Shown here piece after piece: positions 33,994 through 40,016 of a stretch of DNA of 40,016 nucleotides. The DNA comes from a virus (lineage: Duplodnaviria > Caudoviricetes). How positions within the stretch are numbered: the stretch's first letter is position 1; each line of letters opens with the position of its first letter. A program made the translations under genes and the position numbers. The notes below the pieces were generated by a model. The model saw nothing but the letters and a program-made list of their open reading frames with translations. It was not told the DNA's origin and ran no database searches. The DNA lies in the IMG/VR virus record IMGVR_UViG_3300032261_000031, positions 1 to 40,016 of that record; one strand, 5' to 3'.

Positions 33994-34410
33994 ATGAACA
34001 CAAAGCAAACCAAAATAGTAACGGGCGCACGCAAAGCGGTGCGCGTCAGTGACCCACTTCCGCAGACTTCACCTGATGTAGCTGCTGAAGTTGCTGAACG
34101 ACATCAGGAAACGCTGCGTCACATAACGGACGCGGGCAATGCGCCGCGTGATATTTCAGATGGACTAGACGCAGCTATCAAAAAAGCTAGGGGTGACCGT
34201 CGCAAGTCTCTGATTTTGCTCAAGGAAGCGGAACAAAATAGAGCCTCTTGGTCACTAGCCAAAAAGCAAGCAAACTCGATTAACGTCAAGCTATCACAGG
34301 AAATTAATAGAGAAAACTGGCTAGAAATTTTAACATTAGCTTACGAATTAAAATCTCTAGCTTTCGAAAGCTATCATGCCGCAATCGCCCGCGCAGAGGA
34401 GGGCAAGTAA
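33994..34410 (+). CDS. Hypothetical protein
   Basis: Likely ATG 33994; AT-rich 3' part. Confidence 0.55.
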   Translation: MNTKQTKIVTGARKAVRVSDPLPQTSPDVAAEVAERHQETLRHITDAGNAPRDISDGLDAAIKKARGDRRKSLILLKEAEQNRASWSLAKKQANSINVKLSQEINRENWLEILTLAYELKSLAFESYHAAIARAEEGK

Positions 34411-34411
34411 T

Positions 34412-34684
34412 ATGACGACACCAAAACAATCGGTAACGGACTCGGGCAATGCGCCGAGTAGCATAAAAGATTGGCAGAAGTCGCCAATGAGTAAGAAACG
34501 TGACCACATTCCGCCGACAGAATACAAAGCGATTCTGCGTCGGTTGCGCAAAGCGCAAAAAACAAACTCCGACCTTGCAGCATCACTCCGGGAAACCGGA
34601 AAAAGCATAGCCTCGGAATACGCTGAGGGAAGCGCGTTCGCCTTTTGGCAAGCCGCCCGAATCCTAACCGGAGAAGCAAAATGA
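34412..34684 (+). CDS. Hypothetical protein (90 aa)
   Basis: GAGGAGG upstream of ATG 34412. Confidence 0.6.
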   Translation: MTTPKQSVTDSGNAPSSIKDWQKSPMSKKRDHIPPTEYKAILRRLRKAQKTNSDLAASLRETGKSIASEYAEGSAFAFWQAARILTGEAK

Positions 34685-34862
34685 GCGAGACACTCCAACT
34701 CTCGAAGGGCGGTGCAACTCGTTGTCCGCGCGGCGGAGCGGCGTTGCAAGTTTGGCAGCGCAAACAATGGGGCGATTAAAACAAACTTCGGTAGATACGC
34801 CTTCGGGTGTTCGGCTACCCCGCTTCGGTCGCGAATCCTTTGTGCCGCGCCGGAGCGGTAAG

Positions 34863-35228
34863 ATGAACATGGAAGACAGACAGAAAGACGTGGACCCGCC
34901 ACAGCAATGTGAGCATGGGTATTTAACCATCGGCGACGATGAATGTCCGGTTTGCCATCAAATCGGGATGCAGGAAATTCGCAACAACCAGATCAAGGAA
35001 GCGAGCGAGCAGCACTTCTACTGGTTCAACGAGGCGTGCAACGCCTTGGACCGGATGCGCGCGATCGCGTTCAACATGGCGACACAGGACGCGCTCGCGT
35101 TCTCGGAGGCCAAGAAGCAGTTCGACCTCGCGCGCAGCCGCTGCAAGGTCGAGTTCGAAATCCTGCACAAAGCGATGGTGGCGCGTTTGAGTGGCCATGA
35201 AACCGACGGTCCTGAGCTTATTCCCTAA
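34863..35228 (+). CDS. Hypothetical protein with CxH...CxxC zinc-binding motif
   Basis: CEHG...CPVC; GGAG upstream. Confidence 0.6.
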   Translation: MNMEDRQKDVDPPQQCEHGYLTIGDDECPVCHQIGMQEIRNNQIKEASEQHFYWFNEACNALDRMRAIAFNMATQDALAFSEAKKQFDLARSRCKVEFEILHKAMVARLSGHETDGPELIP

Positions 35229-35625
35229 TGCGAGCGCGGAGTTCCAACGCCTTAACGCTGGTCTTGGACTACCGCCCGCCGAGCCTAAACCGGCTGCTCC
35301 AGAAGCACTGGTCGATCGCGCACCGCGAGAAGCGGCGAGCGATTCGCGCGTTAAGCTCAGCTATCTCGCGCGCATTGTGCGACCTCTCGACCCCGACAAC
35401 CTGGCGGGCTCGACTAAATACATCACTGATGCGCTTGTCCGATGCGGCCTCGTGGATGGGGATTCGCCAGAAAAGATCGAGATCGCGTGGGCGCAAGAAA
35501 AGGTCGCTCACTACGACGAGGAAGCGCTCGTCATCACAATTTCGGGTCTTGAAAGAGACCGAAGTCGGAGCGCGGCAACCGACGAAAGCGCCGCAAAACC
35601 AAAAAACAGAAGGAAAATAAAATGA
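35197..35625 (+). CDS. RusA-like Holliday junction resolvase, catalytic part
   Basis: RPLDPDNLAGSTKYITDALVRCGLVDGDS fits the RusA-type DxDN...K...DAL...D pattern. Confidence 0.75.
   Translation: MKPTVLSLFPNASAEFQRLNAGLGLPPAEPKPAAPEALVDRAPREAASDSRVKLSYLARIVRPLDPDNLAGSTKYITDALVRCGLVDGDSPEKIEIAWAQEKVAHYDEEALVITISGLERDRSRSAATDESAAKPKNRRKIK
35228..35620 (+). CDS. Overlapping-frame ORF carrying a RusA-like N-terminal motif
   Basis: LTLVLDYRPPSLNRLLQKHW...REKRR; TAATG overlap with the upstream stop. Confidence 0.45.
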   Translation: MRARSSNALTLVLDYRPPSLNRLLQKHWSIAHREKRRAIRALSSAISRALCDLSTPTTWRARLNTSLMRLSDAASWMGIRQKRSRSRGRKKRSLTTTRKRSSSQFRVLKETEVGARQPTKAPQNQKTEGK

Positions 35626-36710
35626 TAGCAGGAATAACGCTGCCAGCTTTGGCGGCGCAGATCAAAAAAGAACACGCCGAGAAGCGCGACTTCATCGCGC
35701 CGACCACGCAGCTGAATTTCCGCGCCAACGCGGAACGCGGCGCGATCGAGTTTCGGCCCAACGGGGGCGCGGTGCTCACGGAACCGACCGAGCACTGCCT
35801 CGCGCAAATCTGCCAGCGAAGCGGAATCCCGAAGCCTTACGCCGACAGGATGCGCGGAGACAATGCCGAACTGCTCGCCACCAACATCAACTGGTGGTGG
35901 CAGCACAAGCCTGAAAAACGCATGCTTCGCACCTTTGTCAACGGCGACAATCGCGCCCGCGCGTTTCTCAGCGAACGGTATCGGCCGCTCGACAACTTCG
36001 ACCTCGCCGAGGTCGTGTTGCCGCGCTTGGCCGACGTCGGCTGCGAGGTGCTGTCCTCGCAGATCACCGAGACGAGGCTTTACATCCAAGCGGCCACGCC
36101 GAAGATGGAGCTGGACCTGAACAAGCTCAAGACCAGTGGCATCAAGCTGCGCGACGTCGATCCGGTGCAAGCCGGGATCGTCGTGAGCAACTCCGAGGTC
36201 GGAGCCGGCTCGGTGCGCATCGAGGAGATGTTGTATCGGCTCGGTTGCTTCAACGGCATGATAACCGGACACGCGGTGCGGAGGTATCACGTGGGGAAAG
36301 GCCGCAGCGAATTCGCCGAGCTCGAGGAGGCGGCGCAATACTTCACCGACGCGACCCGTCAACTCGACGACCGCGCGTTTTGGGCGAAGGTCACCGACGT
36401 CGTGAACTCGGTGTTCGACATGGGCAGGTTCACAAGCCTCGCGCAAAAGTTCGCCGACACGGCGACGATTCACTTGCCGAGCCCGAGCGACGCGATGAAG
36501 ACCGTCACGGAGCGGTTCCAACTCACCGAGCGGGAAAGCACGGGCGTGCTCGACCATCTGATCGCGGGCGGCGACAACACGCTGTTCGGGTTGGTCAACG
36601 CCGTCACCCGCACCGCCGAGGACAGCGAAAACTACGACAGGGCGATCGAGCTGGAACGCATGGGCGGCCAGATCATCGAGCTGCCGCAAACGGTTTGGGG
36701 GCGAAATTGA
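35622..36710 (+). CDS. DUF932/DUF945-family protein
   Basis: RAFLSERYRPLDN, SNSEVGAGS, YRLGCFNG and LVNAVT motifs. Confidence 0.8.
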   Translation: MIAGITLPALAAQIKKEHAEKRDFIAPTTQLNFRANAERGAIEFRPNGGAVLTEPTEHCLAQICQRSGIPKPYADRMRGDNAELLATNINWWWQHKPEKRMLRTFVNGDNRARAFLSERYRPLDNFDLAEVVLPRLADVGCEVLSSQITETRLYIQAATPKMELDLNKLKTSGIKLRDVDPVQAGIVVSNSEVGAGSVRIEEMLYRLGCFNGMITGHAVRRYHVGKGRSEFAELEEAAQYFTDATRQLDDRAFWAKVTDVVNSVFDMGRFTSLAQKFADTATIHLPSPSDAMKTVTERFQLTERESTGVLDHLIAGGDNTLFGLVNAVTRTAEDSENYDRAIELERMGGQIIELPQTVWGRN

Positions 36711-36901
36711 AAACGAAAACGTTGCCGTTGGAGCAAGTCTTGGCCGACGCCGGTTACGACGACCTCGGGCAGATGCTCGAAGCCGTCACCCTGGGAGACG
36801 CCAACGCCCCGACGCTCTGCGAGGAGGGCTGCGAGGTTGAGCCGGACGGCGTTTGCCCGCACGGACACAGGTCTTTGCTGCGCATGGCGGGCGTGATATG
36901 A
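36707..36901 (+). CDS. Small zinc-binding protein (C...C-x-VEPDG-x-CPHG)
   Basis: TTGA overlap with the DUF932 gene; recognisable phage microprotein motif. Confidence 0.65.
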   Translation: MKTKTLPLEQVLADAGYDDLGQMLEAVTLGDANAPTLCEEGCEVEPDGVCPHGHRSLLRMAGVI

Positions 36902-36916
36902 TGAGAGCGAACAGTT

Positions 36917-37035
36917 TGCTAGACTGAGTTGTGTTCATCTAGCACGCCGTGCCGCCGACCCCGCGTTACCGGGCGAAGTGGTGCGGCGTAAGATGAAAAC
37001 AAACGCAGCGCATAGGCTCGTCAACCCTGCGGTTT
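36917..37035 (+). other. Three adjacent hairpins; candidate structured RNA or leader
   Basis: Stems 36917-36923/36938-36944, 36944-36955/36978-36989 (with G-U pairs) and 37001-37008/37027-37035. Confidence 0.4.
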
Positions 37036-37102
37036 CTTATAGAGAACGCAGTCTGATGAGCAAAACAAAACGACAACATGGAGGGCTACGGCCAGAGAAC
37101 AG

Positions 37103-37747
37103 ATGAGAACACTGGGACTAGAAGACATCGAGGGGCTCGCGCACGGCGAGTCGATCCCGCGCTTCGTCGGCAGGATAGACAAGGTGTGGGACCAGAAGGA
37201 CGGCGAGGGCGAATACGGTCCGTGGTATCTGCAAAACATCGTCGTCCTGATGGACGGCGGCGAAAAGATGCAGGTCACCTGGACCGGCGAAGACGAGTTC
37301 GATCCGGACGAATGGGAAGGCAAGACCGTCGCGTTCGAATGCGGCGAGAACAAGCAGGGGAAACTTGTCGGCGTTATCCGCGACGTCCGCCACGGAAAGG
37401 ACGGCAAAATCTACAAGGGCGTCAAGGTCACGCCGGCGGGAAAGATCAAGGTGATCGAGTCCGAGGACGGCGAACAGGCGAGGCCGAAAAAGAAGGCGGC
37501 GTCCGAGAACGGCAAGCAAGACCAGGCGAAGCAGCCGTCCGACCAAGAGAAGGTGCTGGAACACGCCAAGCAAGCCAGGCGCGTGTTCAGCGTGGCGTGG
37601 GGCGAGGCCGGCGGCGTGATCGGCGAGATCGTGAAGCGGAACGACCTCGAGGAGTTGAGCATCGCCGCGCTCTACGACCTGCACCTGCGCATCGCGCAGG
37701 GGTTCAGCATCGAGATCAACAAGATGATCAGAAAGGAGCGGTTTTGA
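37103..37747 (+). CDS. OB-fold single-stranded DNA-binding-like protein
   Basis: GRIDKVWDQKDGEGEYGPWYLQNIVV...MQVTW...EGKTV pattern resembles SSB/RPA-type OB folds. Confidence 0.6.
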   Translation: MRTLGLEDIEGLAHGESIPRFVGRIDKVWDQKDGEGEYGPWYLQNIVVLMDGGEKMQVTWTGEDEFDPDEWEGKTVAFECGENKQGKLVGVIRDVRHGKDGKIYKGVKVTPAGKIKVIESEDGEQARPKKKAASENGKQDQAKQPSDQEKVLEHAKQARRVFSVAWGEAGGVIGEIVKRNDLEELSIAALYDLHLRIAQGFSIEINKMIRKERF

Positions 37748-37995
37748 GCATCCGGCGCGAAGCCACCTACATCTCGACCGACGTCTGGCGCGCCGCGTGG
37801 CTGATCGCGCGCGCGCGCGAACGCGCCTCGGTGCGCGCGGTGACCGCCGACGAAGTGATCGACGCGCTTCTGCGCGACGCGATCACGGATAAATATCCGC
37901 AGCTGTTGAAGCACAAGAAAGAGGTCGACGAGCTCGAGAAAAACCTGATCGCGAAGCTCGCCGCCGATTTCAGGAAGCCGGACGACGAAACGTGA
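37744..37995 (+). CDS. Hypothetical protein, possible ribbon-helix-helix DNA-binding protein
   Basis: TTGA overlap, AAGGAG upstream; beta-alpha-alpha pattern (ATYISTDVW...TADEVIDALLRDAI). Confidence 0.55.
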   Translation: MSIRREATYISTDVWRAAWLIARARERASVRAVTADEVIDALLRDAITDKYPQLLKHKKEVDELEKNLIAKLAADFRKPDDET

Positions 37996-38708
37996 AGATC
38001 GTGACGATCACCGACCTGCTCTACTCGATCCACCATCACCAGCATTACTTCGCCGCGCGCGCGGAGCGCCGGCGCAAGGTCATCACCGTGATCGCGGCGG
38101 TGATCTTCGTCGTGACGGTGGCGGTGGCGTTCGGGCAAGACGCAGCGTCGAAAACCCTTTTCCCCGTTCGTGTGCTCGACGAGCCGAAAAGCGCCGAAAG
38201 CATCGGAAGTGCTGGAAGCGCGAATTTAGGCACAGCGCGAGAGGGCACCCGGCGCGCCTTGCGCATACAAGGCAAGGACTCTCGCGGCGGAAGAAACGCG
38301 ACTGAGCGAACGGCGAAACTGTCCGCTCAATTTTATGAAGAAAATACGAACAAGAATAAAGCGAGTGAACGGCAAGTTATATGGCCCATACTTCGAACTC
38401 CGACCAAAGAGGAAAAACAAAAGACGCTGGAAACCAACGCTCAAGAATCTGGCGAGGTTGGCTTTAAGAACGGCAGTCCGCAAAGGCAGAATAACCAAGC
38501 CGAGCGAATGCCAGATTTGCCTGAAGCAAGCTGCCCCGAAGCAGTTACACGGTCATCACCCGAATCACGAAAATCCGCTACAGGTGGAATGGGTCTGCCA
38601 AAGTTGCCACTTAAAACTCCACCCGCAATAAGCGGCGGGGAAAAACTTTTTTATATGATGAGCAACAACAACAACGAAAGGAAAAAGGTCACGCCGCGGC
38701 GGCCGTGA
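37992..38708 (+). CDS. Hypothetical protein with one TM segment; 3' half doubtful
   Basis: VITVIAAVIFVVTVAVAFG hydrophobic helix. The distal part overlaps the HNH ORF and reads like a shadow frame. Confidence 0.4.
   Translation: MKIVTITDLLYSIHHHQHYFAARAERRRKVITVIAAVIFVVTVAVAFGQDAASKTLFPVRVLDEPKSAESIGSAGSANLGTAREGTRRALRIQGKDSRGGRNATERTAKLSAQFYEENTNKNKASERQVIWPILRTPTKEEKQKTLETNAQESGEVGFKNGSPQRQNNQAERMPDLPEASCPEAVTRSSPESRKSATGGMGLPKLPLKTPPAISGGEKLFYMMSNNNNERKKVTPRRP
38335..38631 (+). CDS. HNH-type endonuclease
   Basis: AVRKGRITKPSECQIC...LHGHHPNHENPLQVEWVCQSCHLKLH; low-GC segment. Confidence 0.8.
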   Translation: MKKIRTRIKRVNGKLYGPYFELRPKRKNKRRWKPTLKNLARLALRTAVRKGRITKPSECQICLKQAAPKQLHGHHPNHENPLQVEWVCQSCHLKLHPQ

Positions 38709-38711
38709 GGA

Positions 38712-39053
38712 TCACCCGAGCTCGGGCAAGATCTCGACGACGTTGTAGGAGTTGTTCGGGAACGTGAGTTCTTTCCCGTTGGGAAAAGTCAGTTGCCATT
38801 CCTGCCGGTAAGTGCCGGCGACGGAGACGTCGCTCGGGACCGGGCTGTAATTGAAGCTCGGGCTCGGCGTGTCGGCGGTGTTGATCGTCCCGGCTTGGTT
38901 GATCGAGATCGGCGGCGTCACGGTTTGATTCGAGAGCAGGAACGCGACGGTGCAGCCGACGAGCTGCGCCGGCGTCATCGGGACGCCGTTGATCGACGGA
39001 AAGTCGTTGAAGACGATGTTGGTGTCGTTCTGCTTGATCTCGTAGCGCGTCAT
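38712..39053 (-). CDS. BppU N-terminal-like (Ig-like) virion protein
   Basis: IKQNDT...DVSVAGTYRQEWQLTFPNGKELTFPN motif; ATGA overlap with the repeat protein. Confidence 0.75.
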   Translation of the reverse strand: MTRYEIKQNDTNIVFNDFPSINGVPMTPAQLVGCTVAFLLSNQTVTPPISINQAGTINTADTPSPSFNYSPVPSDVSVAGTYRQEWQLTFPNGKELTFPNNSYNVVEILPELG

Positions 39054-40016
39054 TTGGTCTGCGGCACTTTGAGCCCGCCGCCGGTTTTCGCAACGCCTAA
39101 GTTGCTCCTCGCTCCGGTGACCTTCAACTTCGAGCCCGCGATCCAGCCGACCAGGAATTGAAACTTGCCGATCGCGAACACGCCGACGAACGACAACGTC
39201 GCGCTGAACACCTTCGCGAGCTTGCGCTGAAACGCGCCCGCGAACGCGAGCGTCGCGGCGAACGTTTTGTTGAGCACTCGAGCGAACGCTCCGGTCATGT
39301 TGAGCGTTGCGGTGAACGTCCGCAGAACGAGCCGGAAGCGGGTCAGGATTGCCGCGCTCGAGAGAACCGCGGCGAATGCTTTGAACATGTTCTTCAGTAA
39401 AACCGCGCTGGGGGCGAAGGTGGCGGCGATTATCTTGAAGGTCCGGAGCGACTCAGCCGAGATGAAGCTTAGGTTCGCGGTCAGCGCCTGCGTGTAATGG
39501 TGCGCGCCGCCGGTTAGTTGCGTGCCGAGCCCGCCGATGAACGACAAGGTCGCCGTGAACGCCCGGCTGACGTGCTGCGTGATCGCGAGCGCGCCGATGA
39601 ACGAGAGCACCGCGCTCAAATGTTTCGCGAGCGTGCGCGTAATTGCGCCGACGAAACTAAGCGTCGCACTGATCAGTTTGGCGATCTGACGGCTGATTGC
39701 GCCGGTGAACGAGAGCGCAGCCGTAAACACTTTGGCGATCTGTCGGCTGATTGCGCCGACAAAAGAAAGGACCGCCGCCAACTGCTTGAGCGTCTTGCGA
39801 GTGAGTGCGCCCGTGAAACTCAGAACAGCGGCGACGGCCTTTTGCGTTAGCTTAACCAAGCCGCCCGCAAATGAAAGCGTTGCAGTAAGCGCCTGCGCGT
39901 AATGATGAAACCCGGCGGTGACAAGTGCTCCGGTGAATGAGAGTGTCGCTGTTAATGCCAGCGTCGAGTGGTGAACGGCGGCGGTCGCCATCGCACCGAC
40001 AAACGAAAGCGTGGCA
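39050..40016 (-). CDS. C-terminal part of the 18-aa-repeat protein that starts at 900
   Basis: Repeats such as AVLSFVGAISRQIAKVFT / AALSFTGAISRQIAKLIS; in frame with 1-900 across the overlap. Confidence 0.85.
   Translation of the reverse strand, partial: ATLSFVGAMATAAVHHSTLALTATLSFTGALVTAGFHHYAQALTATLSFAGGLVKLTQKAVAAVLSFTGALTRKTLKQLAAVLSFVGAISRQIAKVFTAALSFTGAISRQIAKLISATLSFVGAITRTLAKHLSAVLSFIGALAITQHVSRAFTATLSFIGGLGTQLTGGAHHYTQALTANLSFISAESLRTFKIIAATFAPSAVLLKNMFKAFAAVLSSAAILTRFRLVLRTFTATLNMTGAFARVLNKTFAATLAFAGAFQRKLAKVFSATLSFVGVFAIGKFQFLVGWIAGSKLKVTGARSNLGVAKTGGGLKVPQTK
39815..40016. repeat. Terminal overlap, copy B
   Basis: 192/202 identical to 1-202. Confidence 0.95.

Noticed and set aside
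37051-37080. Hammerhead ribozyme core (CTGATGAG)
   Set aside because: No stem II followed by GAAA. CTGATGA here and at 33790/33991 is explained by gene starts.

Overview
The window looks like an essentially complete, circularly assembled ~39.8 kb tailed-phage genome: positions 1-202 recur at 39815-40016 with a 10-mismatch patch. The plus strand (5504-28509) carries ParB-like and C5-methyltransferase genes, terminase, a Mu gp29-like portal, a fused protease-scaffold-capsid polyprotein, a GT9 glycosyltransferase plus a methyltransferase, neck genes, a non-contractile tail (tube, chaperones, tape measure, GTA/lambda-like hub, NlpC/P60, central fibre) and lysis genes. A minus-strand block of accessory virion/fibre genes runs from 5422 through the junction to 38712. 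A minus-strand early block (replication initiator, HNH, UDG-like) is divergent from a plus-strand early block. I recognised no integrase, transposase, polymerase, tRNA or canonical CRISPR array. The standout is 31160-33784: a promoter, a stand-alone RAMP/Cas7-like gene, a small partner gene, then a ~1 kb non-coding array of 14 units. Each unit opens with a GGCA-GAC-like marker and is built from 5-nt GGY-NN-like words with a variable NN, which suggests a phage-encoded RNA-guided system with a non-contiguous guide code. All product calls come from motif recognition by eye, not database searches.
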